A DNA stretch of 37,086 bases from a virus (lineage: Duplodnaviria > Caudoviricetes). The stretch is taken from the IMG/VR virus record IMGVR_UViG_3300046832_000575, positions 1-37,086 of that record; one strand, 5' to 3'. Under the pieces are notes generated by a model. It was not told the origin of the DNA, ran no database searches, and saw only the letters and a program-made list of their open reading frames with translations. The position numbers and the translations under genes are program-made. This document shows, piece after piece, positions 23,547 through 32,604 of the stretch (position 1 is its first letter; every line of letters begins with the position of its first letter).

Positions 23547-23564
23547 CTTAAGGAAATCAAAGAC

Positions 23565-25508
23565 ATGGCTAACAGCCTTCTTACGATTGACATGATCACC
23601 CGCAAGGCGCTGGAGATCCTGGAAAACAACTTGGTGATTACTCGCAACGTGAACCGTCAGTAAACATTTGTCTAGCTGACGTTAAACCCCGTTAAATGCT
23701 GGAAACTCCTTATAGCATTCCGCACCACAGCGTAGCTGGTAACGGCAAGCGCGACGGTCTGAAAAGCGAAATGATTGGACAATCAGCAGCCAAGCATCGT
23801 ATAGTTTACGTTACTACGATGAAGGTTCAACGACTAGCCGGTAACGGCGTAGGGCCAAGTGGCTCGAAATGCGGGGCAAGCATGAGGCAGACATTGGAAG
23901 AGCGGTTTTTTGCTAAGATTGCAAAAAACGAAAATGGATGTCACGAATGGACCGGACACATAATGCCTAACGGCTACGGACAAATGCACAAGGACGGCAA
24001 GACGGCTTACGCGCATCGCGTAGCTTACGAGCTTGCTTTCGGTGCTGTTGCCGGGTTTGTGCTCCACCACTGTGATAACCGTAAATGCGTAAACCCTGAG
24101 CACCTGTTTGTCGGCACTCACGACGACAACATGCAGGATATGGTCGCAAAATCGCGGCACGCATTTGGGGACAAAAACGGCAGACGCAAGTTGTCTGCCG
24201 AACAGGTCCGCAGTATTCGCTCTGAAATTGGTCTGCACCGGGAAATTGCGGCTAAATACGGCGTTACACCCTCTTTGGTGTCTATGATCCGTAGCGGCCG
24301 GATTTGGCGGGATGTTTGAAGATATAGTCTGGTCCTCAGCGAGAGTTGAGGCTGCGAAAGCGGGCGCTGACCTAACGAGCAGCGTTGAACAAAACGATGA
24401 TGATAGTTTCGCTGTCGAAGGCGCCAAGATCGGTTCGACCCTCCGCATCCGTCTGCCCGACCGCGCTCTGGTCACCGACGGTGCCGCCCTTCAGGTTCAG
24501 GACGACAACGAGCAGTTCACCACGCTCGCCGTCAACAACCAGAAGCACATCGGCGTGAACTTCACGTCGGCCGAACTGACCATGCAGCTTGACGATTTCG
24601 CGGATCGTGTTCTGAAGCCGCGTATCTCGCAGCTTGCATCGTCCATCGACGCTGACGTTGCCAACTCCTACAAGGGCATCTTCTCGTCCGTCGGCACCCC
24701 CGGCACGACCCCGGCCACTTCGCTCGTCCTGCTCCAGGGCCAGCAGAAGCTGAACGAGTACGCTGCCATGATGCCGAACCGCTACGCGACCGTTAACCCG
24801 GCCGCCAACGCTGGTCTGGTCGAAGGCATGAAGGGCCTCTTTAACCCCGTCGATACCATCTCGCGCCAGTTCAAGGCCGGTATGATGGGTGAAGGCGTCC
24901 TCGGCTACGACGAGATCAACATGTCGCAGTCGATCAAGCTGCACACCACAGGCACCCGCGCAGCCACGGGCGCCACGGTCAACGGTAACGCTTCGGAAGG
25001 TGCGACGACCATCACCCTCGCCAGCGCCGGTAACGCGCTGACGTTCACGGTGGGCGACGTATTCACTGTGGCCGACTGCTTCTCCGTGAACCCGCAGACC
25101 CGCGAAAGCACGGGTTCGCTCCAGCAGTTCACCGTGACGGCAGCCAACACCTCGTCTGCTGGCGGCGCTGTGACGCTGGCCGTCTCGCCGGCGCTCTACT
25201 CGCCGACGAATGCTCTCGCCTCCGTCTCCACCCTCACCATCACTGGTAAGGCCGTGACGTTCATCGGCGCAGCTTCGACCTCCTACCCGCAGAACCTGAT
25301 CTACCACAAGGACGCTATCTCGTTCGCTACGGCCGATCTTCTTCTGCCGCAGGGTGTCGATATGGCTTCCCGCCAAGTTCACAATGGCATCTCGATGCGA
25401 ATTGTGCGCCAGTACGACATTAACAACGATAGACTACCTTGCCGCATCGATGTATTGTACGGTTATTCAGTGATCAGGCCTCAAATGGCTGCGCGTTTGT
25501 GGGGCTAA
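23565..25508 (+). CDS. Major capsid protein (P22 gp5-like), join(23565..23661,24397..25508), 402 aa
   Basis: Exon 1 has an AAGGA RBS and encodes MANSLLTIDMITRKALEILENNLVITRNVNRQ. The split codon T|AT gives Y, then DDSFAVEGAKIGSTLRIRLP ... CRIDVLYG...RP. Confidence 0.92.
23662..24396 (+). ncRNA. Group I self-splicing intron (IA2-like)
   Basis: P1: exon cgtcagt with IGS gctgacg, U.G at the splice site. P aaatgctggaaac (23694), Q aatcagcagc (23781), R gttcaacgacta (23825), S aagatatagtct (24319). P3 ccccgt/gcgggg, P7.1 and P7.2 hairpins, P8 caagcat/atgtttg, terminal G at 24396. Confidence 0.93.
23882..24319 (+). CDS. Intron-encoded HNH homing endonuclease (145 aa)
   Basis: GCHEWTG...GYG...AHRVAY...VLHHCDNRKCVNPEHL..GT..DN plus C-terminal HTH (EIAAKYGVTPSLVSMI); lies in the P8 loop. 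Confidence 0.9.
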   Translation: MRQTLEERFFAKIAKNENGCHEWTGHIMPNGYGQMHKDGKTAYAHRVAYELAFGAVAGFVLHHCDNRKCVNPEHLFVGTHDDNMQDMVAKSRHAFGDKNGRRKLSAEQVRSIRSEIGLHREIAAKYGVTPSLVSMIRSGRIWRDV

Positions 25509-25517
25509 AATGGTTTC

Positions 25518-25576
25518 TTGCGTAGAGTAGGATGGACGTGCTACGCTACTCTGGCTTAACAACCGGAGTAGCGTAG
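25518..25576 (+). promoter_or_regulatory. RBS-sequestering hairpin with overlapping putative promoter for the free-standing HNH
   Basis: ctacgctactctgg(25541-25554)/ccggagtagcgtag(25563-25576) buries GGAG and the G of the GTG start; TTGCGT-18-TACGCT overlaps the left arm. Confidence 0.7.
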
Positions 25577-26160
25577 TGACCGACATCTGCTGCATAAAGG
25601 AATGCAACTTGCCAGTCGTAGCTTTAGGTCTTTGCAACAAACATTGGCGGCGGAACAAGAAATTTGGCTCACCTGTGGCGGTATCGTCCCACAGCGGCCT
25701 GTTTCGAGGGTTGTCTGCTCAAGAACGGTTTGCAAAATCTGTTGTCAAGACTGACGGGTGTTGGCTGTGGAAAGCCAGTAAAGATAAAAACGGATACGGG
25801 ATTTTCAAAGGCGCGCTTGCAGGCGTCACGTTTACTAAAGCACATCGTTTTTCGTATGCCATGCATACAGGTGATTTGCTCGTAAACATGCAAGCCTTGC
25901 ACACTTGTGACAACCCGAGTTGCGTTAACCCAGACCATTTATTTTCTGGTACAAACGCCGACAATATGCGCGATAAAGTGCAAAAAGGTCGGTCGCGCGC
26001 GCCAGTAGGTGAACAGAACGGGCATGCTATCCTTACTGAACGCCAAGCCCGCCGCATTCTTAAAGACCCTAGACCCTACGCAGAAATCGCGGCACAATAT
26101 CATGTAGCAACATCTACGATTGGCAGCATAAAACAACGCTACTCGTGGAAGCATATCTAA
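25576..26160 (+). CDS. Free-standing HNH homing endonuclease
   Basis: N-terminal C....C......GLC.KH zinc motif; GCWLW...GYG...AHRFSY...LHTCDNPSCVNPDHL..GT..DN; HTH tail; AT-rich. Confidence 0.9.
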   Translation: MTDICCIKECNLPVVALGLCNKHWRRNKKFGSPVAVSSHSGLFRGLSAQERFAKSVVKTDGCWLWKASKDKNGYGIFKGALAGVTFTKAHRFSYAMHTGDLLVNMQALHTCDNPSCVNPDHLFSGTNADNMRDKVQKGRSRAPVGEQNGHAILTERQARRILKDPRPYAEIAAQYHVATSTIGSIKQRYSWKHI

Positions 26161-26186
26161 CAAATTAAAGATAGGAGAATACGACA

Positions 26187-26615
26187 ATGGCTCTTTCAAA
26201 TGGCGCTGGCGGCTACCAGATCGGTGACGGAAATCTGGGCGAAATCAGTTTTTACAACTCTGACACCCCGGCGGTACTTTCCGGCGCAACCGTAACCATC
26301 ACCGCAGCCAATCTGGCTACGGGCGTCTGCACGATGGACAGCGGCGGTACGGATGCGGGCACGTATACGTTCCCGACCGGCGCTCTTCTTGACGCGGCGT
26401 TCCCCAGCATGAGAGTTGGTTCGACTTTTGACTGCGCGTTTGTCAATATTGGTGACAACGCAGCCAACGACGTGACGTTTGGTGCTGGCACGGGTAACAC
26501 CCTTGTCGGCAATGCCGTCATTCAGGACTCCATCACCACGACAAGCAACACCTCGGGCATCTTCCGTTTCCGCAAGACGGGCGACAGCGCGTTTTCGATT
26601 TATCGGATTGCGTAA
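26187..26615 (+). CDS. Putative capsid decoration/minor head protein
   Basis: AGGAGA RBS; NGAGGYQIGDGNL N-terminus and FRFRKTGD C-terminus; follows the capsid gene and precedes a terminator. Confidence 0.65.
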   Translation: MALSNGAGGYQIGDGNLGEISFYNSDTPAVLSGATVTITAANLATGVCTMDSGGTDAGTYTFPTGALLDAAFPSMRVGSTFDCAFVNIGDNAANDVTFGAGTGNTLVGNAVIQDSITTTSNTSGIFRFRKTGDSAFSIYRIA

Positions 26616-26620
26616 CCAAC

Positions 26621-26656
26621 AGGCGGGCGGTCTTCGGGCCGCCCGTCTCCCCTTTT
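26621..26656 (+). terminator. Intrinsic terminator after the head genes
   Basis: aggcgggcggtc-TTCG-ggccgcccgtct then cccctttt. Confidence 0.75.
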
Positions 26657-26665
26657 GGAGGAACA

Positions 26666-26860
26666 ATGGCGACCATTTACCTGTCCCACCCCAAGCATGG
26701 CGTTAAGATCGCCACGATGGAGATGGAGGCGCAGTACGACGAGATGAACGGCTGGAGCCGTTTTGACCCAGAAGACCAGTTGATCGACGCGCCGGAACCC
26801 GTTAACGTAATGCCGGAACCCCGGCGCCGTGGTCGGCCCCGGCTAGAGGTGAGCGAGTGA
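26666..26860 (+). CDS. Hypothetical protein (64 aa)
   Basis: GGAGG RBS; IYL.HP.HG.K...E...DE.NGW; RRRGRP tail. Confidence 0.75.
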   Translation: MATIYLSHPKHGVKIATMEMEAQYDEMNGWSRFDPEDQLIDAPEPVNVMPEPRRRGRPRLEVSE

Positions 26861-26861
26861 C

Positions 26862-27572
26862 ATGACAACGGCGGGCGACCTGATAAATGGCTCTCTGCGC
26901 CTTTTAGGCGTTCTGGCAGAGGGCGAAACGCCGTCGTCTGAGACAGCGCAAGACGCGCTTGTCGCCATGAACCAGATGATACAGTCGTGGGACGCGGAAC
27001 GGCTTGCGGTGTTCTCGACACAGGACCAAGTCGTTACGTGGCCCGCCAGCACGCGGTCGCGCACGCTGGGGCCTACTGGCGACATTGTTGGTAACCGCCC
27101 CGTCCTGATTGACGACAGCACCTACTTCCGCGACCCGACCAACGGCATCTCGTTTGGTCTGAAACTCATCAATCAACAGCAGTACAACGGCATCGCCGTC
27201 AAGACCGTGACCAGCACCTACCCGCAGGTGCTGTGGGTCAACATGACGTACCCCGACGTTGAGATGTACGTGTATCCGGTGCCTACCAAGGATCTGGAGT
27301 TCCATATCGTGTCGGTGCAGACGTTGAGCCAGCCGGCCAACCTGGCGACCGATCTGGCTTTCCCGCCGGGCTATCTGCGTTGTTTCCGTTACAATCTGGC
27401 TTGCGAACTGGCCCCGGAGTTTGGCGTAGAGCCATCCCGGCAGGTGCAACGCATCGCCATGACGTCCAAGCGCAACCTCAAGCGCATCAACAACCCCGAC
27501 GACATCATGGCGCTCCCGTACAGCCTTATTGGAACTAGGCAGCGGTTTAATATCTACGCCGGAAATTTCTAA
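26862..27572 (+). CDS. Head-to-tail adaptor (P22 gp4-like)
   Basis: TAGDLINGSLRLLGVLA.GETP...DAL..MN.M...W and YNLA.ELAPEFG. Confidence 0.8.
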   Translation: MTTAGDLINGSLRLLGVLAEGETPSSETAQDALVAMNQMIQSWDAERLAVFSTQDQVVTWPASTRSRTLGPTGDIVGNRPVLIDDSTYFRDPTNGISFGLKLINQQQYNGIAVKTVTSTYPQVLWVNMTYPDVEMYVYPVPTKDLEFHIVSVQTLSQPANLATDLAFPPGYLRCFRYNLACELAPEFGVEPSRQVQRIAMTSKRNLKRINNPDDIMALPYSLIGTRQRFNIYAGNF

Positions 27573-27609
27573 TGAAATCAAGCACATACCACGTTAAAGG
27601 TCAAGTCTG

Positions 27610-28488
27610 ATGGCTGACACCAAAATCTCCCAACTTCCGTCTGCTACGACCCCCTTGTCGGGGGCCGAACTTGTGCCTCTGGTGCAGAGCGGTGCTACCG
27701 TTCAGACGCCGACCAACGAGATCAGCAAACTCACTGCGGCGACGGCCAATACCTTCACCGCCAACCAGATCATTGAAGTCACCGACAACGTCAACGCGGC
27801 GCTGCGCGTCACGCAGTTGGGCACGGCTGACGCGCTCCGCATTGAGGATAGCACGAACCCGGACAGCAGTCCGGTTGTTGTGGATGCCAGCGGCAACGTA
27901 GGTGTTGGCGGCAGTCCTTTGTCTACCCTCAATGTCTTTTCTGCCGCAGCCACCACGGCGCAGTTCCGCGTAACTGGCGGAAGCGCGGCTTCGCCACAGG
28001 CGGTTCTTTATGGTTACGCATCGGGCGTTTCTGGTGCCAACGGCGCAGGCATTGGCGCAGGGTTCATTTCCGGTGGTTATGGCCCCTTGCTGTTGGAAAC
28101 ATCAGGAACAATCAGACTAAGCATCAACGCATCTGGTGACATTCTAAACGTCTCCACGGGTGGCCTCGGCTACGGCACGGGCTCTGGTGGCACGGTTACG
28201 CAGCTTACATCCAAGTCTACGGGCGTCACGCTGAACAAGACCAACGGTCAGATAGTCACTGCTTCTGATGCTCTTGGCGCGGGTGCGAGTGCAACTTTTA
28301 CAGTGACAAATTCTGTAATAGTCGGAAGCGATGTTGTAATTCTCAGCGTAGGAAACACTAACTATTCAGTTAGAAGCATTGTTTCCACAAACGGCAGTTT
28401 CCAAATAACAATTAAGAATGAAAGCGGTGGGTCGCTCTCGCAAGCTGTTACCATCAACTTCGCAGTCATCAAGGCAGTCACCTCGTAA
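27610..28488 (+). CDS. Tail fibre-like protein
   Basis: MADTKISQLPSATTPLSGAELVPLVQSG N-terminal module; beta-repeat middle; C-terminal domain shared with 15445..15873. Confidence 0.7.
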   Translation: MADTKISQLPSATTPLSGAELVPLVQSGATVQTPTNEISKLTAATANTFTANQIIEVTDNVNAALRVTQLGTADALRIEDSTNPDSSPVVVDASGNVGVGGSPLSTLNVFSAAATTAQFRVTGGSAASPQAVLYGYASGVSGANGAGIGAGFISGGYGPLLLETSGTIRLSINASGDILNVSTGGLGYGTGSGGTVTQLTSKSTGVTLNKTNGQIVTASDALGAGASATFTVTNSVIVGSDVVILSVGNTNYSVRSIVSTNGSFQITIKNESGGSLSQAVTINFAVIKAVTS

Positions 28489-28721
28489 TGAACTGCCCGC
28501 TCCCGCGATACTACCTCTGCCATGCGGTGATTGCGCTGCTAATTGCAGCAGTCCTCTGGTGGCCGCTTGGCCTCAATGCTGGCCTTGCAGCAGGCGTGGC
28601 CTTCTACGCGGGGCGTGAATACACACAATGGGAAAGCGGCTTGCCCTTCGATTGGAAAGGCATTGCCGCGCCCCTCGCAGCCTGTCTTATGGTTTTTGGT
28701 ATCTACCTCTATGCGCGGTGA
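28488..28721 (+). CDS. Small membrane protein (77 aa)
   Basis: Hydrophobic segments; FYAGRE.TQ.E motif; TAATG coupling. Confidence 0.6.
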   Translation: MNCPLPRYYLCHAVIALLIAAVLWWPLGLNAGLAAGVAFYAGREYTQWESGLPFDWKGIAAPLAACLMVFGIYLYAR

Positions 28722-28729
28722 CAAGTAAC

Positions 28730-30271
28730 ATGCAAACGCCGATCCTGGGTTCTTCTTATGTGGCTCGCAGCATCAACGCTGCGGACAGCCGCATGGTGAA
28801 CCTGTTCCCAGAGGTCGTACCGGAAGGCGGCAAGCAGGCCGCGTTCCTGAACCGGGCGCCGGGCTTGCGTTTCCTTGCGACCGTCGGCCCTGGGCCTATC
28901 CGTGGCCTGTGGTCGCCGCAGATCACCGGGTCGGACGCCTACGTCGTCTCTGGACCCAACTTCTACCGCATCACGACCAGCTACACGGCCACACTGATCG
29001 GCACTGTGGGTGGCACCGGCCCCGTGTCCATCTCCGACAATGGCACGCAGATATTCATCGCCACCAACCCCGACGGCTACATCTATAACATGAGCACGTT
29101 GGCCTTCGCCCAGATCACCGACCCGGACTTCCCCGGCGCGGCTACCGTCGGCTATCTTGACGGATACTTCGTCTTCAACGAGCCCGACACGCAAAAGGTC
29201 TGGGTGACGAGCCTTCTGGACGGCACCAGCGTTGATCCGCTGGATTTCGCCAGCACGGAAGGCGCGCCGGACCAACTTATCAGCGTCAACGTCGATCACC
29301 GCGAAGCCTGGCTGTTCGGCACCTCCTCGGTTGAGGTGTGGTATAACGCTGGCACGTCCGACTTTCCGCTACAGCGCATTCAAGGCGCGTTCAACGAGTT
29401 GGGCTGCGCGGCCGTCTATTCCGTCGTCAAGCTGGACAACACGCTGTTCTGGCTGGGCGCCGACGCACGCGGGCGCGGCGTCATCTATCGTGCTGAAGGC
29501 TATCGCGGCGTCCGCATCTCGACCCATGCCATCGAGCACGCCATCCAGAACTACTCCACCATCTCGGACGCCGTTGGCTACTCTTACCAACAAGAAGGCC
29601 ACAAATTCTACGTCCTTACGTTCCCGTCCGCTGACGCGACGTGGGTCTACGACGCGACCACGGGCGCGTGGCATGAGCGCGCCGGTTGGCGGAACGGCCA
29701 TCTGACCCGGCACAGGTCCAACTGCCAGATGAACTTCAACAACGAGGTCATCGTCGGCGACTACGAGAACAACAACCTTTACGCCTTTGACCTTAACGTG
29801 TACCGCGACTACTCCTACGTGCAGAAGTGGATACGGTCGTGGCGCGCGCTGCCAACCGGCACCAACACGCTCCGGCGTACGGTGCAGCATTCGCTTCAGC
29901 TTGACTGCGAGAGCGGCGTCGGCCTTGACGGCAGCCCCGACATGCTGGACGCGCAGAACATCACGACGGAAACGGACGACTTGCTGATCACCGAGGCGGG
30001 TGTCTACATCGTCACCGACGCGGAGGGGCTGGTTAGCCAAGGCGTGGACCCGCAGGTCATGCTGCGCTGGTCGGACGACGGCGGCCACACCTGGTCGCGC
30101 GAACATTGGACCTCGATGGGTGCTATCGGCCGTTACGGTCAGCGCGTCTTCTGGCGTCGTCTGGGCATGTCGCTCAAGCTGCGCGACCGTGTGTACGAGA
30201 TTTCCGGGACAGACCCGGTCAAGATAACAATCATGGGCGCGGAGCTTCTTCTCGATGGCACTGCTTCCTAG
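28730..30271 (+). CDS. Tail tube / DNA stabilisation protein (P22 gp10-like)
   Basis: RMVNLFPE, DNGTQ, DGYFVFN, DFASTEGAPD, TWVYD..T..WHER, LRWSDDGGHTWS, WRRLG motifs. Confidence 0.88.
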   Translation: MQTPILGSSYVARSINAADSRMVNLFPEVVPEGGKQAAFLNRAPGLRFLATVGPGPIRGLWSPQITGSDAYVVSGPNFYRITTSYTATLIGTVGGTGPVSISDNGTQIFIATNPDGYIYNMSTLAFAQITDPDFPGAATVGYLDGYFVFNEPDTQKVWVTSLLDGTSVDPLDFASTEGAPDQLISVNVDHREAWLFGTSSVEVWYNAGTSDFPLQRIQGAFNELGCAAVYSVVKLDNTLFWLGADARGRGVIYRAEGYRGVRISTHAIEHAIQNYSTISDAVGYSYQQEGHKFYVLTFPSADATWVYDATTGAWHERAGWRNGHLTRHRSNCQMNFNNEVIVGDYENNNLYAFDLNVYRDYSYVQKWIRSWRALPTGTNTLRRTVQHSLQLDCESGVGLDGSPDMLDAQNITTETDDLLITEAGVYIVTDAEGLVSQGVDPQVMLRWSDDGGHTWSREHWTSMGAIGRYGQRVFWRRLGMSLKLRDRVYEISGTDPVKITIMGAELLLDGTAS

Positions 30272-30722
30272 CGTTACCCAAATCCCGGCGCAGCGCGTGC
30301 CGCTTAATGAGCGCCCGCAGCCGCCCGAATACGTGTCACGCGAGTGGTATCGCTTTCTTGACAGCCTGCACACGTACATCCCGACGCCGGTCACGTTCGT
30401 GCCAACCTTGACGTCCGTCACAAACGTGACGTCGGTCACCGCTGGTACGTGTTTTTACAACCAGATGGGCACCACCATCACGGTAACTGGCAGCGTGACC
30501 CTCGACCCTGCCGCGACCGGAAACACGGTGTTCCAGATGGACCCTCCGGTTCTGGACGGGCTGTCGGTTTCCCAGGCTGCGGGCATGTTTATCACCACGA
30601 CGGCGGGTGCGTCCGACGTGGGGTCCGTCACCGTTGCGTCCAACAAACTCCAGTTTCGCCTTAACGCTGTCAGTGCAGCGTCCGCCGTTTACGTTTTCCA
30701 TGTCAACTACCAGATTGTGTAA
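30255..30722 (+). CDS. Putative tail needle/tail protein
   Basis: TQIPA.RVP...SREWYRF N-terminus directly after the gp10-like gene. Confidence 0.6.
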   Translation: MALLPSVTQIPAQRVPLNERPQPPEYVSREWYRFLDSLHTYIPTPVTFVPTLTSVTNVTSVTAGTCFYNQMGTTITVTGSVTLDPAATGNTVFQMDPPVLDGLSVSQAAGMFITTTAGASDVGSVTVASNKLQFRLNAVSAASAVYVFHVNYQIV

Positions 30723-30749
30723 CAGTCTGCTTTACGTTAGGTTTGCCAC

Positions 30750-31367
30750 ATGAGCGTGACCCTCTCCCCACTTGCTGGCGCTGCGGCCCAGTTCTTTGAC
30801 GATAACGGCGACCCGCTTACGGGCGGCAAGCTGTATACTTACGCTGCGGGCACGACGACGCCTAAAGCGACGTATACCGATTACACCGGCTCGCAGGCGC
30901 ACGCCAACCCGATCATCTTGGACGCCGCCGGCCGAACGCCGTCAGAAGTTTGGTTGACCTTTGGCGATGCCTACAAGTTCATCCTGAAGGACAGCAACGA
31001 CACGCTGGTCGGCACGTTCGACAACATCGAGGGCATCCCGCCATTCTACACGGCGCGCGCCTGGGTGGTGTTCAACGGCACGTCGGGGGCCATAACATCC
31101 AACCTGAACGTGAACAGCGTCGTCAGGAACGCGACGGGCAACTACACGATTACCTTTACCTCTGGCATCCTCGCCAACGCCAACTACGCCGTAAGCGGTT
31201 CGGCGCTAGGCACGACCAGCGTCGCCCCGTTCGTATTTGCCGACAACACGACGGCCCCCACCGCCGTGACGCTGCGCGTGCAGGTGCTGTCGCTCACTTG
31301 GCCGTCTGCAACTCCTGCCACGGCGGCCTACGACAGCACCCGCGTCAGCATCGCGGTGTTCGGGTGA
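30750..31367 (+). CDS. Short tailspike/fibre with head-binding domain
   Basis: QFFDDNG.PL.GGKLYTYAAGTTTP.ATY...NPIILD.AGR; C-terminal AWV.FNG...NV.SV...TG.Y.I.F. Confidence 0.75.
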   Translation: MSVTLSPLAGAAAQFFDDNGDPLTGGKLYTYAAGTTTPKATYTDYTGSQAHANPIILDAAGRTPSEVWLTFGDAYKFILKDSNDTLVGTFDNIEGIPPFYTARAWVVFNGTSGAITSNLNVNSVVRNATGNYTITFTSGILANANYAVSGSALGTTSVAPFVFADNTTAPTAVTLRVQVLSLTWPSATPATAAYDSTRVSIAVFG

Positions 31368-31371
31368 CGTA

Positions 31372-31830
31372 ATGGATGAGGCCGCGCAATCCCTGATTGT
31401 CCACTTTGAGAACCTAGACCTGCCGCCCGAAGCGGCGGGCTGGCTCATGGACATCTGGCGCATGATCCAGATGCTGGACGATGTGGCGGACGGCGACCCG
31501 GTGACGCGCCCGGACCTCGACGCGGTCATCTGGTCCTCGCTGATCAGCATGCCAGCCAATCCGTTCTACCTCGCCAATATTCAGGCTTTGCAGACCGGGC
31601 TGGCGTTGCTGGTCATGAAGTGGAAGGCGTCGGACGACGCCGAACGCGCCGGTCAGGCGGATGCCCGGTCCTTCATCTGGCGCGCTGGGTACTATGACTT
31701 GGTGTTGTTGGTTGTCCTTTTGACGAAGGGGCACGCAACTGCTATGAAAGACGCCGTGAAAGTCATGCACTTGTACGGCGAAACGCTGCACGAATACCTG
31801 AAGGAGTTTATGCCATGCCGGGACCAGTAG
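31372..31830 (+). CDS. Hypothetical alpha-helical protein with DDxxDxD motif
   Basis: IQMLDDVADGD ... PANPFY; sits between the tail and ejection genes. Confidence 0.65.
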   Translation: MDEAAQSLIVHFENLDLPPEAAGWLMDIWRMIQMLDDVADGDPVTRPDLDAVIWSSLISMPANPFYLANIQALQTGLALLVMKWKASDDAERAGQADARSFIWRAGYYDLVLLVVLLTKGHATAMKDAVKVMHLYGETLHEYLKEFMPCRDQ

Positions 31831-32594
31831 CTGCGATTGCCGGCTCTGCGATTGTGGGCGCGGGAGCCAGCCTTTTTGGTTCGAGCCAAGCCTCCAAGTC
31901 TGCGGACAAGGCCGCCAAACAGCAAAAAAAGGCGGCTAAAATTGCAGCAGCGCAGCAGAAAGCCGCGCTGGAGCGTCAGATTGGTCTTCAGGAACCCTTC
32001 CGGCAGGTCGGCGTCAATGCGTTGGCGGAATACCCCAAGGCAGCCGAGTATACGCCGTTTGGCATGCCGCAGTTCCAGGCTGATCCGGGGTACAACTTCC
32101 GTTTGGCCGAGGGCATGAAAGCGCTGGAACGGTCGGCCGCTGCTCGCGGTCTGCTTCAGTCCGGCGGCACGCTCAAGGGCATCCAGCAGTACGGCCAGAA
32201 CCTTGCCAGCGACGAATACCAGAACGCCTTTCAGCGATACCTGACTGAGCGCCAAGCCAAGCTGTCTCCCTTGGAATATCAGATTGGGTTGGGGCAGGCC
32301 GCTGCATCGGGGCAGGCCGCAAACGTCGGCACGACGGCTAACAGTCTCAGTGAACTGACGCAGGCACTCGGCAACATCGGCGCCCAGCGGGCGGTGGCGC
32401 AGGGCAATATTGCGGCGTCCACGGCGGGCAACATTGGCAACATATTTGCGCAAGGGGCGGGTGCGTATGGCGACTACATGGCCGCGCAACCGTACATGAA
32501 CTATCTTCGGTCCATCACGCCATCTATTGCTGGCGGAACTACAACCGGGCTAGGTTACGCTGCGCCGGCTGGCTATTCACAACCCGTTCTTTAA
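31815..32594 (+). CDS. DNA ejection/pilot protein (gp7-like)
   Basis: Gly/Ala-rich N-terminal TM segment; DPGYNFRL.EG..AL.RSAAARG.L.SG.TLK. Confidence 0.75.
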   Translation: MPGPVAAIAGSAIVGAGASLFGSSQASKSADKAAKQQKKAAKIAAAQQKAALERQIGLQEPFRQVGVNALAEYPKAAEYTPFGMPQFQADPGYNFRLAEGMKALERSAAARGLLQSGGTLKGIQQYGQNLASDEYQNAFQRYLTERQAKLSPLEYQIGLGQAAASGQAANVGTTANSLSELTQALGNIGAQRAVAQGNIAASTAGNIGNIFAQGAGAYGDYMAAQPYMNYLRSITPSIAGGTTTGLGYAAPAGYSQPVL

Positions 32595-32604
32595 TAGGTG
32601 ATCC

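Noticed and set aside
23696-23881. 62-aa N-terminal extension of the intron HNH in the ORF track
   Set aside because: It runs through the ribozyme core (P, Q, R). The recognisable nuclease starts at ATG 23882.
24312-24396. Track start of the capsid ORF (MFEDIVWSS...)
   Set aside because: This is intron S/P9 sequence. The true N-terminus is exon 1 at 23565.
25509-26186. Second group I intron around the free-standing HNH (likewise 5941-6575)
   Set aside because: The upstream genes end with intact C-termini, and no R/S (GACUA/UAGUC) core is seen.
20483-31367. Diversity-generating retroelement or invertible tail cassette
   Set aside because: No reverse transcriptase, invertase, TR/VR pair or inverted crossover sites found.
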